Made by a program: the position numbers and the translations under genes
Notes under the pieces: generated by a model
The model's database searches: none
Told to the model about the DNA's origin: nothing
The model's input: only the letters and a program-made list of their open reading frames with translations
Shown here: one piece after another, positions 9,508 through 18,473 of the stretch
Layout of the letters: each line of letters opens with the position of its first letter
Position numbering within the stretch: the stretch's first letter is position 1
Source of the DNA: a bacterium
GTDB taxonomy: Bacteria > Zixibacteria > MSB-5A5 > GN15 > FEB-12
Length of the DNA: 64,000 nucleotides
NCBI GenBank assembly: GCA_030605565.1
Contig: JAUWIB010000105.1
Coordinates: forward strand, 10,650-74,649
Reading direction: 5' to 3'

Positions 9508-11133
9508 GTGTCCATGCTGAAGTTGGCAACACTCTTTGGCCGCACGGCTGATCCGGCAAACCCGGAGACGAATAGTGCCGGGTCGGTCGAGCGAGATTTC
9601 CAGGAAACCCGCCTTTTGCCCAAACGGCGCTGGACGGTCGGTCGACGACTGGCCTTTTCCGTAGGAAACGGATATGTCCAGATGGCCGCAGCCCGCCATC
9701 TGGCCGGATGTTGTGAGGTCATTGATGTCTCACGGGTGGCGATGCTAAGCGAAATGGAACCGGCGGAAAGGCGCGCCGACCACGTCTCAATGACAGTGGC
9801 CGAGTACGTCAGCCGGTTCGGTGGTTCATCACCTGAGATTGATCTGGTGGTTACCGGGCGCGAAGCTGCCTTTCGCTGTTTTCTCATGCCGATGCTTAAG
9901 AGAGGCGCCTTGGAATCCGCTATTCAGTTCGAGGCCTGCAAACAGATACCCTTTCCCCTCGACGACTGCATCTTCGATTACCAACGCACTTTTAGGATTC
10001 TGGGTAACCAGCGATCACGCTACCGGATAGCTCTCCATGCCGCCACGGCCAGGATGATAAAAGAGCAGCTTGAACCGTTCAGGCAGAAGGGGCTTGTTGT
10101 CAACCGCGTGGTTAATGCCGACGAGGCGGTGGGTTACTTGCTTGAGCGGATGCCGAACTTCGATGAGAGTGCCGTCTATTCCCTGGTGGAAGTGTCACAG
10201 GACCGATGCAAGATTGCTTACTACCGGGGCACTGCTCTGGAGTTTCTCCATACCGGCGCGGTGGGCACGGCCCAATTGGGTGACCAGCCGGACATCACGC
10301 GCGTTGAGTATTTTGCCGAAAATCTGGCCAACGAACTGACCGTATCGCAGGACTATTACGCCGGTCAATATGCCAAGGCGCTTCCGGACAAAGTGTATAT
10401 ATGCGGCGAGTTGGCTGCTCGGTGCGAATTAGTAGAACTGCTCAATGGCAAAACACCATTCGAGTATGCACCATTTCCAGCCGACAGTCTGCATGTCTTT
10501 AGGGGACACAAGATTGGTTTCGGCGCCCTTCTGCCTCAATGCCTCCCGGTACTGGCGGCAGCAACTGCACGCACACATCTCTGCAATCTGTTACCGCAGA
10601 AAATCAGGCAACAGCAACTAAGGCGACACGTCGATCGCCTAAGTCGCTTATCACTATTGCTCCTGGGGTTGATCCTCATGACCGGTTGGGTCTACCTGCG
10701 AATGTCGGTCGACAACACCACTATTATAGCTGAGTCATTGGAACAACAAGCCACCGAGGCTCTGCAGTCGGAAGCGTACAACAGTCATCGCGCTCTCCTG
10801 CAGCAGATAGCATTTGATCGGGCCTACCTCAGGAAAGCCGAGACGGCCACCGGTTACCTCAACTATAACCTGAAAGAACTATCATTGTTGACCTCTCCCC
10901 CGGTCAGCCTCTATCGCCTTGAATATGATCCCCGGCGAGATGCCCCTGGTATGGCTCTGTATGGTCGCGTGACATCTTCCGATGTTCCGCCGGAGGTAAT
11001 ACTGGCCCAGTACATAGAGAAGCTGAGAGCCTCCCCTTTCTACCGTGATATTACGCTGGTACGCCACTCCAAGCGGAAAGTCAGGAATGAGTTCCTCATC
11101 GAATTTCAGATCGAGATGGAGGGAGTAGCGTGA
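9508..11133 (+). CDS. Fused PilM (actin-like) plus PilN alignment protein
   Basis: LESAIQFEACKQIPFPLDDCIFDY (PilM); KVYICGE; NLLP motif then a TM helix, coiled coil and a PilN-like domain (YIEKLRASPFY). Confidence 0.75.
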   Translation: MSMLKLATLFGRTADPANPETNSAGSVERDFQETRLLPKRRWTVGRRLAFSVGNGYVQMAAARHLAGCCEVIDVSRVAMLSEMEPAERRADHVSMTVAEYVSRFGGSSPEIDLVVTGREAAFRCFLMPMLKRGALESAIQFEACKQIPFPLDDCIFDYQRTFRILGNQRSRYRIALHAATARMIKEQLEPFRQKGLVVNRVVNADEAVGYLLERMPNFDESAVYSLVEVSQDRCKIAYYRGTALEFLHTGAVGTAQLGDQPDITRVEYFAENLANELTVSQDYYAGQYAKALPDKVYICGELAARCELVELLNGKTPFEYAPFPADSLHVFRGHKIGFGALLPQCLPVLAAATARTHLCNLLPQKIRQQQLRRHVDRLSRLSLLLLGLILMTGWVYLRMSVDNTTIIAESLEQQATEALQSEAYNSHRALLQQIAFDRAYLRKAETATGYLNYNLKELSLLTSPPVSLYRLEYDPRRDAPGMALYGRVTSSDVPPEVILAQYIEKLRASPFYRDITLVRHSKRKVRNEFLIEFQIEMEGVA

Positions 11134-11693
11134 AGCGGCGGCTGGTTCTATATTCGGGGATCGCCTTGACCTTGCTGGTGGCCTGGTCCCTCCTGCTTTA
11201 CTCACCGCTTGGCAAAGAACTGGCCAGTGCTCAAGTGCGTGCCGAACAAGCTAAACAGCAGATAGCTGAGTTCAGGCGAATCATGGCTCAACTGCCGATC
11301 TATCTCGAAACTCATCGCAGTCTCGAACGGAACAGAACGGATCTCAATGAGGCCCTCTACGCCAAGGATGACATCCTCGAACTGTTCGATTTGATCAGTA
11401 ACCGGGCTCAGGCGCTCAATTTGAAAGTGATAGAGATCACGCCTCCGGTGGAGGAATTGCTGCTTCTGAACAACTTAATGCCCGACCATGACAAACCGCC
11501 GTTTCTTAATCTGACGGTCAGACTTCGCGGTGGATATATCAACTTCGGTAGCTACGTAGCCTTCATCGAATCGGCTGAATTCTTCCGAGGGGTGAACACG
11601 TGCCAAATCACCACTTCGCCGGACCAAGCCGGTCCGACCGATTACCTGTTGGGTTTTCAGGCCCTGCTGGGACAAATTGAGGAAACGTCATGA
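11130..11693 (+). CDS. PilO-like protein
   Basis: N-terminal TM, coiled coil, LTVRLRGGYINFGSYVAFIE; GTGA overlap with the upstream gene. Confidence 0.75.
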   Translation: MKRRLVLYSGIALTLLVAWSLLLYSPLGKELASAQVRAEQAKQQIAEFRRIMAQLPIYLETHRSLERNRTDLNEALYAKDDILELFDLISNRAQALNLKVIEITPPVEELLLLNNLMPDHDKPPFLNLTVRLRGGYINFGSYVAFIESAEFFRGVNTCQITTSPDQAGPTDYLLGFQALLGQIEETS

Positions 11694-12136
11694 AGACGGC
11701 GACCCGGCAGCGGATAGTCTACGTCGCCCTGGTGGTAGCCGTTGTCTGGGGTGCGTATAATCTGCTCTGGACTGAACCCAGGACACCACTGCCGCCGGTT
11801 GAGGTGGATGTTCCGGTCCAAATGCCCACGACATCAGCGGCTGTGCAAATCGACAAGCTGGATATTGAGCGGATCGCAGCGGCCGAATGGGGGCATGATC
11901 CCTTCAAGTCATCGATCAAGCCCCGGAGCCATACGACCGACAAACCCAAAAAGGACTTGAAATGGATCCTGTCGGGAATCGTCTATAACGAACGCGCGCC
12001 GATGGCCGTCATTAACAGGAAAACAGTGCGCCCCGGGGATGTCATCGACAACGCTCGAGTGGTTACGATAAATCAAAAGACGGTGTTGATGGAACGAAAC
12101 GGCAAACGATTCACGCTCAGAGTCACCAAAGGCTGA
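11690..12136 (+). CDS. PilP/GspC/MshK-like accessory protein
   Basis: TM anchor, DPF motif, LSGIVY...AVIN..TV..GD.I; sits between pilO and the secretin. Confidence 0.6.
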   Translation: MKTATRQRIVYVALVVAVVWGAYNLLWTEPRTPLPPVEVDVPVQMPTTSAAVQIDKLDIERIAAAEWGHDPFKSSIKPRSHTTDKPKKDLKWILSGIVYNERAPMAVINRKTVRPGDVIDNARVVTINQKTVLMERNGKRFTLRVTKG

Positions 12137-12140
12137 TCGA

Positions 12141-13436
12141 ATGAAATCACTCGCAGCGATGTACGCATTGGTTCAATATAATGTTCTCGCCCTGATCGTA
12201 ACGACGGCCGTTATGGCGGCGCCTATCGACGAGGACGGCAAGCTGTCACTTCAGTTGGACGAAGTCGAAATCGGTGTGGCTCTACAGATGATTGCCGAGC
12301 AGAACAATTTGAATATCGTGGTCGGCGACGCCGTTGAAGGTGAGGTATCTCTACGTTTGGTAGATGTAGACCTGGAGTCGGCGCTGCAGGCAATCCTGGC
12401 GCCGGGCGGTTACAACTATTACATCCGCAACGACGTTGTAGTGGTGAAGTCAATGGCTACCTACGCAGTGGGGGAACTGGTTTCGCACTCCATCGTCCTG
12501 AAGTACCTCGATCCGGCGGCGATCAAGGGAGTCATAGAATCGCGTTTGTCCGACCGGGGCACGATGGTGACAATAAGCGCCGGCAATGATGAGGGACGAC
12601 AAGAGAGCAGTCTCTCCCCCAACCAGATCGTGGTAACGGATTTTGCAGCGGTGATTGATGAGATCGTACTTCTGATGGAACAACTTGATCAGCCACCGCG
12701 ACAGATATCGATAGAGGTCAAAATCATCGAAAGCAAGGTGGACTCCAAATCAAAATTAGGATTCGCCTGGCCCACCAGTGTGACCACCTCGCTGGGGGCA
12801 GGTACGCAAACCATCGGCGAGGAATCCTATCAGGCCGAACTGGAGAACGTCGCCGGCAGTATCAATCCCCAAACCGGCCGGTGGATATGGGGAACGCTCA
12901 CCGTCGATCAGTTAACGACGGTACTCAATCTGTTGAATCAGGCGGGAAACAGCAAACTGATTTCCGATCCTCACATTACCACCCTTGAGAATCACGAAGC
13001 TTACATCAAGGTGCAGACGGTGATTCCGATCGCCACTATCAGCCGGTTTACTGAGGGCGCCGCAACCCAGGATATCCAGACATTCTATGACGAAGAAGTG
13101 GGCATCTCGCTCTACGTAACGCCGCGTATCAATGAGAACAACCGGATCACGCTGGACGTGCGTGCCCAGATCGAGGACATCATCGGTTTCGCCGGACCTT
13201 CCGATAATCAAAAACCGATCACGTCATCGCGCTCGCTCAAAACCACCGTAATTGTCAACGACAGCGAAACGGTGGCGCTGGGCGGTCTGCTCAAAGAAAC
13301 CGAAATAGAACTGACTCAGAAATTCCCCTTGCTGGGTCATATCCCGATCATCGGGAGCCTGTTATTCACCAACAAGTCGACCGAAAAGACCATGACCGAT
13401 CTGATAATACTTATCACGCCCCGGATTATGCCGTGA
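12141..13436 (+). CDS. Secretin (PilQ/GspD/MshL family)
   Basis: LDQPPRQISIEVKIIE, PHITTLENHEA, GISLYVTPRI, TVALGGL, KFPLLGHIPIIGSLLF, LIILITPRI. Confidence 0.93.
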   Translation: MKSLAAMYALVQYNVLALIVTTAVMAAPIDEDGKLSLQLDEVEIGVALQMIAEQNNLNIVVGDAVEGEVSLRLVDVDLESALQAILAPGGYNYYIRNDVVVVKSMATYAVGELVSHSIVLKYLDPAAIKGVIESRLSDRGTMVTISAGNDEGRQESSLSPNQIVVTDFAAVIDEIVLLMEQLDQPPRQISIEVKIIESKVDSKSKLGFAWPTSVTTSLGAGTQTIGEESYQAELENVAGSINPQTGRWIWGTLTVDQLTTVLNLLNQAGNSKLISDPHITTLENHEAYIKVQTVIPIATISRFTEGAATQDIQTFYDEEVGISLYVTPRINENNRITLDVRAQIEDIIGFAGPSDNQKPITSSRSLKTTVIVNDSETVALGGLLKETEIELTQKFPLLGHIPIIGSLLFTNKSTEKTMTDLIILITPRIMP

Positions 13437-13883
13437 TCATTTGCGACCGCACATCCAGCGTCGCGAGCGACTGAACCAAAGCTGCATGATCAGCAGCAAC
13501 AACGCCCCGTCAAGAATCAGTGGTTGCAAGGCTGAACCGTCGATATCATCAGCCGCCTTGAAACAACCGCAGTCTATATCGAGACCGCGAGCCACCGCCA
13601 AGGTTAGGGCTCCTATGAATGCAACAGTCATAACATTGACCCACACAATTGCGCCGCGATATAGAAACCCGAAGATCAACCCCAGTCCAGCCAGCGCCTC
13701 CACCCAGGGCAACACCAGAGCTATCAAGTTAATCAATGAACCAGGCATCAGATGGTAATACCAGATCGACCGGGCAAAAGAACCGGGGTCAATGATTTTG
13801 TAGACCGAGGCGGACACGAAAACTACTCCAACCACCACCCGTGCGGCCATCGTGAGATGATCATTGTCAATTATTCGTCGCAT
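13437..13883 (-). CDS. MauE/DoxX family membrane protein
   Basis: KIIDPGSFA, LPWVE, RGLDIDCGCF motif. Confidence 0.85.
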   Translation of the reverse strand: MRRIIDNDHLTMAARVVVGVVFVSASVYKIIDPGSFARSIWYYHLMPGSLINLIALVLPWVEALAGLGLIFGFLYRGAIVWVNVMTVAFIGALTLAVARGLDIDCGCFKAADDIDGSALQPLILDGALLLLIMQLWFSRSRRWMCGRK

Positions 13884-14389
13884 GGCCGCCTCTGTTCGAT
13901 GGGGAGATGGAAGCGTTCCCATTCACGAGAACCGCCGAAAAATATCGCCAGGTCGGTGTAGCCCAGGGCCTGCAGATTACGCGCCAGGTGAAGTGACACG
14001 TCGCACTCCTCACCCGAACAGAATATGATAATCCGTTCATCTTTGGACAGGTGCGACAAGACGGAATCGAAATATGGTCCCAAGTCCCCCTCCGGCAGGT
14101 ATTCAAAGGGGATGTTGATGGCTCCCCGAATCGTACCGCACTCGAACTCGTCCGGATCACGGGCGTCAACAAAGAGAGCGGCCCTGGCGCTGAAGTCGAG
14201 TTGGGCAACGTCCACAGCGATAAACGGCGCGTCGCCGGGCTCTATATCAGGCGGCAAGATCGGCCCATCACCGTCGTGCAGGTCACGCCAGTTACCAATA
14301 AAATCAAGGCGGTTGGGCGAGACCAGATTGAGTCCCAGTCCCAACGCGGATGCAATTAACAGAATGTAGATCGTCTGCCTTAGCGCCAC
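13871..14389 (-). CDS. Rhodanese-like domain membrane protein
   Basis: FVDARDPDEFECGTIRGAINIP, IIFCSGEEC..S, FFGGSREW; GTG start after AGGAG. Confidence 0.85.
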   Translation of the reverse strand: MALRQTIYILLIASALGLGLNLVSPNRLDFIGNWRDLHDGDGPILPPDIEPGDAPFIAVDVAQLDFSARAALFVDARDPDEFECGTIRGAINIPFEYLPEGDLGPYFDSVLSHLSKDERIIIFCSGEECDVSLHLARNLQALGYTDLAIFFGGSREWERFHLPIEQRRPCDE

Positions 14390-14556
14390 CGAGGTCTCCT
14401 TATACGTTACACCATTATACCGTCGCGCGGCAAATCCGTTTGGCCCAATCGGCTCTACAGTACCAGATGCCGGGATCGGATCAGGCGTCACCCAAGAAAC
14501 GTACTTTCCCTTTATAGGTCAAGGATTCTGTCACCCCCCGGCAGGTTTGGACCAAT

Positions 14557-14590
14557 AAAAAGCGGGACTCATGATATGGACGAGTCCCGC
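14557..14590 (-). terminator. Intrinsic terminator
   Basis: Minus strand GCGGGACTC-loop-GAGTCCCGC followed by TTTTT. Confidence 0.7.
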
Positions 14591-14642
14591 GAGGCTCAAT
14601 GTTCGCTGTCCCGCATGGGACCGAGCGAAAACCTATGAAAAG

Positions 14643-14828
14643 TCAATTCGGATTAAGGTGCTCCACTTGCTTGTCAAGTCGGGATGAAATCAAACTGTAA
14701 CGACCGCAGAGTATCTTGCTGACCACGTGCGAAAACTTGGCTGGCGTCAACATCTGCAGGCCATAAGAATGCCAACAGTCTTTTTCCCCCAAACTTGCAA
14801 ACTTTTGGTTCTCCTTTCTCTTCGGCAT
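14643..14828 (-). CDS. Possible small hypothetical protein (61 aa)
   Basis: ATG preceded by GAGGAG; no recognisable motif; may be non-coding. Confidence 0.3.
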   Translation of the reverse strand: MPKRKENQKFASLGEKDCWHSYGLQMLTPAKFSHVVSKILCGRYSLISSRLDKQVEHLNPN

Positions 14829-15012
14829 AGCGCATCTCCTCTACTTGTTCCCCCTCTCTTACCACGTAGCAATACTCTCGATCTCAGTTAGCGGTGAGGA
14901 AACAGAGATGCTCTCAAAAAACCTATCACCTCCTTCGTTCGTCTCATCCTCCCCGAAAAGATGAGTTCACGACTTCAACGGACTCTCTATATAATAGTTT
15001 CTTGACATACAC

Positions 15013-15345
15013 CTACGATGCCATAACCTTCTGTAACTTTTTGATAGCACGCTGCTTATAAATATTCACGACCTGTTGAGCCACTCCCAGTATCTGCGCT
15101 ATCTGTCGCTCTTTTTTACCTTTAAGGTAATACCCGATCACTTGTTTCTGACGTGGTGACAAGGAGTGACTGACATGCCAGCGTAGTCTGGAGCGAAACT
15201 TGTTCAAGGCGGCGCCCGGTAAGGTGGGAGTGCCGGCGGCGTAGTAAGCAGATTGTTCGTTGGCGAACGACTCCAGGAACAACTTGTCGACGAGCACTTC
15301 GGCGAAATCGCTTTCCTTCTTAGGGGGCACTGTAACACGCTCCAA
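15013..15345 (-). CDS. Stand-alone sigma70 region-4 / LuxR-type HTH protein
   Basis: LSPRQKQVIGYYLKGKKERQIAQILGVAQQVVNIYKQRAIKKLQ. Confidence 0.8.
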   Translation of the reverse strand: MERVTVPPKKESDFAEVLVDKLFLESFANEQSAYYAAGTPTLPGAALNKFRSRLRWHVSHSLSPRQKQVIGYYLKGKKERQIAQILGVAQQVVNIYKQRAIKKLQKVMAS

Positions 15346-15346
15346 C

Positions 15347-16003
15347 TTAGTAGCTTAGGTAGTAATGCTCACAAATCGCTTTAAGTTGCGGCATAGTAAT
15401 TGAGAATTCCGCCGCCGTTTTCAGACTGATTTCATAAAGAGCAACCTTGCGCTCCTGGCTAGTCAAATCCTTTGGCAGACTCTCGTACAACTTGCCATAA
15501 TGGGTCAGCACCTGCTCTTTCAATTCCGCATCAACAGCAACAGTTATGGGTTCATCATCGGCAGCCGGTTCGGATGGTGAAACGGTGGCTGGAGGATCTG
15601 TCTCGGCTTGTCTGACTTGGGATGGTTTCTCCTCTGCCACTTCCTTATCGCGCGGCTGGTCGGAGTTCTTAGCTCTCGTTGTCGGGGGCGGCGCCGCGGT
15701 TTCCGGTTTATCAAGTAACTTCGGCCGAGCTATGGCTGAATCCAGAAACCCGACCAGTCTGCTGATATCCTGTCGGTATGCGCCGTCGCGGGAAGCCAGC
15801 GAATCGGCGTATACTTCGGACTGTAATTCGAGCAGCCGTTTCAGGGAATCCACATTTTGCTGAAGCGTGGCCAGTTGGTCTCTGCTTTCAGCTTGCCCCA
15901 ACTCGAACGCCTGCTGCTGCCGCGCTGTTCCCCGGGCACTCTTGATGTAAGCGATAGCCACTACCACCAATAACAGCGCTACAGCAATATACAGTCTCTT
16001 CAT
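15347..16003 (-). CDS. Hypothetical membrane-anchored protein with coiled coil and Pro/Ala linker
   Basis: N-terminal hydrophobic helix, heptad-like region, low-complexity linker; SD upstream. Confidence 0.7.
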   Translation of the reverse strand: MKRLYIAVALLLVVVAIAYIKSARGTARQQQAFELGQAESRDQLATLQQNVDSLKRLLELQSEVYADSLASRDGAYRQDISRLVGFLDSAIARPKLLDKPETAAPPPTTRAKNSDQPRDKEVAEEKPSQVRQAETDPPATVSPSEPAADDEPITVAVDAELKEQVLTHYGKLYESLPKDLTSQERKVALYEISLKTAAEFSITMPQLKAICEHYYLSY

Positions 16004-16027
16004 ACTCGTCCTTTACCAATTTTGAAC

Positions 16028-16056
16028 AGAATATCCGGCCGATATTAGCAAGTCAA
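16028..16056 (-). promoter_or_regulatory. Putative sigma70 promoter
   Basis: TTGACT-N17-TATTCT upstream of 16003. Confidence 0.55.
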
Positions 16057-16129
16057 GTTTGAAACTTTTCAGGGGATTTGACGGTTTGTCGCGAAACGTC
16101 AGAAAGGCGCAATGCCCCAGATCGAGGGG

Positions 16130-16843
16130 TTACTTCTTGAGTCGCAGAATCAGGAAAACCCAGGGCCGGATCATCGACCACCAGCCCACAAAAGGCTTGA
16201 TTTTGGAGTAGTCTTGGCCGCTGGGCGGGTAGGCCATGGTGACCGGTGCTTCTATCACCCGAAAACCAAGTTTGAGAACCTTATAGTGGATGTAATACTC
16301 CATCTCATATCGCCCCAGCCAGGCTTGATCGATGTCGATCTCAGGATGGTCAAACAGGTCCAGCCGATAGGCTCGGAAGCCGCACGTAATGTCGGTCCCA
16401 TTAAAGCCCACGGCAAGATTGACGATGGCGGTGAAGAGCCGTATGGCCAGTTTTCGAAACAGAGGCAGGTTCGGCGAGCGCCCGCCCTCAAGATAACGGG
16501 AACCCTGGACGTAATCAGCTTCGTTGTCACGAATTGGGTTCACCAACCGGGGAATCTCCTCCGGCAGCATCTTACCGTTGCCGGCCACAATCACAATGAT
16601 GTCAAAATCATGCTGCCGACCGTACTTGACGGCGTTCCTGATTCCGGCGCCCACACCCAGGTTGGTCTCATGGCGGATCACCTCATGATTCGAGGCTTGC
16701 AGGAACGCCCCGGAGCCGTCAGTGGAACCGTCATCGACAAACAGCAACTTGTAGTCTTCCCCTTTCGGGAAGCGTTCCACGAGTGCCTTGAGTTTCTCCC
16801 CCTCATTGAAGGTCAGAACCGTGACGAGGACTTTAGGTCCCAA
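16130..16843 (-). CDS. GT2 glycosyltransferase, DPM1/polyprenol-phosphate glycosyltransferase-like
   Basis: TFNEGE, FVDDGSTDGS, HETNLGVGA, VQGSRY, TDITCGFRAY. Confidence 0.9.
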   Translation of the reverse strand: MGPKVLVTVLTFNEGEKLKALVERFPKGEDYKLLFVDDGSTDGSGAFLQASNHEVIRHETNLGVGAGIRNAVKYGRQHDFDIIVIVAGNGKMLPEEIPRLVNPIRDNEADYVQGSRYLEGGRSPNLPLFRKLAIRLFTAIVNLAVGFNGTDITCGFRAYRLDLFDHPEIDIDQAWLGRYEMEYYIHYKVLKLGFRVIEAPVTMAYPPSGQDYSKIKPFVGWWSMIRPWVFLILRLKK

Positions 16844-17438
16844 CCTCTCCCCCGTCAGTTTGCAGGATCAAGCTGCCGTCGACAACTCGATAGCTCAGGC
16901 CGCAGGTGCACGCGATCTCGCTGTTGTCCTCGGGTGATGCTGAGAGATCCAATCGTTCGGCGCATTTGCAGACGAAACCTACCTGACGCGCCGGGTTGCC
17001 CAGCCAGAGGGTAAAGTCCGGCACGTCTGTAGTAACTACGGCCCCGGCGCCGATGAAAGCGTATTGTCCGATGGTATGTCCGGCGATGATCACCGCGTTG
17101 GCGCCGATTGTCGCGCCCCGCCGTAACACAGTACGCGCCGGAGTTTCATGGTGCACTTTGCTGCGTGGGTAGACGTCGTTGGTAAAGACGGCGTTGGGTC
17201 CGATGAAGACATCGTCCTCCACGACCACCCCATCCCACAGCGAGACGCCATTCTTGATTGTTACCCGGTCGCCCACGACGACATTGTTCTCGACAAAGCA
17301 GTGGTCACCTATATTGCAGTCCCGGCCGATTACAGCCCGGGCCTGGATATTGCAGAACGCCCAGATACGTGTACCCGCGCCGATTTGTGTGCAATCGACG
17401 ATTGCGGTGGGATGGATGTACGGGTCGCTGTCGCTCAT
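16833..17438 (-). CDS. Hexapeptide-repeat N-acetyltransferase (WbpD/WlbB-like)
   Basis: IHPTAIVD, IGAGTRIWAF, GPNAVFTND.YPRS, GNPARQVGFVCKC with a Cys-rich tail. Confidence 0.88.
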   Translation of the reverse strand: MSDSDPYIHPTAIVDCTQIGAGTRIWAFCNIQARAVIGRDCNIGDHCFVENNVVVGDRVTIKNGVSLWDGVVVEDDVFIGPNAVFTNDVYPRSKVHHETPARTVLRRGATIGANAVIIAGHTIGQYAFIGAGAVVTTDVPDFTLWLGNPARQVGFVCKCAERLDLSASPEDNSEIACTCGLSYRVVDGSLILQTDGGEVGT

Positions 17439-17439
17439 T

Positions 17440-18450
17440 CTAACTTAGTTCTATGACGCGGCCGTTTTCCCGGATCGAGCGGTTGGCCGCCTCCAAAATC
17501 TGTACTACCCGCAAGCCGGCCTGACCGTCGGTGCGCGGCGAACGATTCTCATTCACCGCATCGCAAAACTCACGGGTCACTTTCTTGAGAGCCTCGGTCA
17601 AATCGATCTGCGGCGCCAGCATGTCGCCGGTTCGATACTGGATCAGCAGATCGTAGACTTGATCACGGTTCTGGACCATCTCGACGCCACGGTCGTAGAC
17701 CTTGACTTTCTCCGAAGGCTCGGTGTCATCGTAGATCACCATCTTCCGGGAACCGGAGACGAGCGTCTTGCGCACTTTCACCGGAGCCAGCCAGTTGACG
17801 TGGATATGGCCAAGGAGCGTGCCGTCGTAGAAGGTTGAAATGTAAGCGATGTTTTCGATATCGCTGTCGAAATGCGCCATCCCGGTAGCGGAGATAGCTC
17901 GCGGTTTGCGGTCTATGAGGTAGTCCATGATCGACACGTCGTGTGGCGCCAGATCCCAGATAACGTTGACATCGTGCTGAAACAGGCCAAGATTGACGCG
18001 CACGGAATCGAAGTAGTACAATTCCCCCAGATCGCCGTCGTCGATGAGCCGTTTTATGGTCTGAACAGCACCGGTGTAAATGAAGGTATGGTCCACCATG
18101 ATTTGCAGTCGCTTCTGTTCGGCCAGGTTGATGAGGCTCTCGGCCTGTTCTACGGTGGCTGTGAACGGTTTCTCCATGAACAAGTGCTTACCGTTGGCCA
18201 GAACCTCCATGCCAAGGGGATAATGAGTCGAAACCGGGGTGGCGATGATAATGGCATCAATGTCGGGCGCTTTCAGGATGTCGTCGGCATCACCGGTCAG
18301 CCGGCCTATGGCCGGGAATTGCCGACGGATGAAATCCAGACGCTCCGCTCTTGGATCGCAGACAGCCACCACCTCGACATCGTCAAGGGCGTTGAAGTTC
18401 CGGACCAAATTCGGTCCCCAATAGCCACAGCCGATTATGCCAACTTTCAT
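17440..18450 (-). CDS. Gfo/Idh/MocA family oxidoreductase (nucleotide-sugar dehydrogenase-like)
   Basis: GIIGCGYWGPNLVRNF, IATPVSTH, EKPF, WDLAPHD. Confidence 0.9.
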   Translation of the reverse strand: MKVGIIGCGYWGPNLVRNFNALDDVEVVAVCDPRAERLDFIRRQFPAIGRLTGDADDILKAPDIDAIIIATPVSTHYPLGMEVLANGKHLFMEKPFTATVEQAESLINLAEQKRLQIMVDHTFIYTGAVQTIKRLIDDGDLGELYYFDSVRVNLGLFQHDVNVIWDLAPHDVSIMDYLIDRKPRAISATGMAHFDSDIENIAYISTFYDGTLLGHIHVNWLAPVKVRKTLVSGSRKMVIYDDTEPSEKVKVYDRGVEMVQNRDQVYDLLIQYRTGDMLAPQIDLTEALKKVTREFCDAVNENRSPRTDGQAGLRVVQILEAANRSIRENGRVIELS

Positions 18451-18473
18451 CGATGACCTTTCATGATTATGGC

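Noticed and set aside
14674..14865. Alternative 63-aa ORF ending in TGA (possible recoding)
   Set aside because: No SD at its start, an in-frame TAA follows within 7 codons, and no SECIS-like or redox motif is present
16112..17014. 300-aa plus-strand ORF
   Set aside because: Antisense shadow of the clear GT2 and acetyltransferase genes; no motifs
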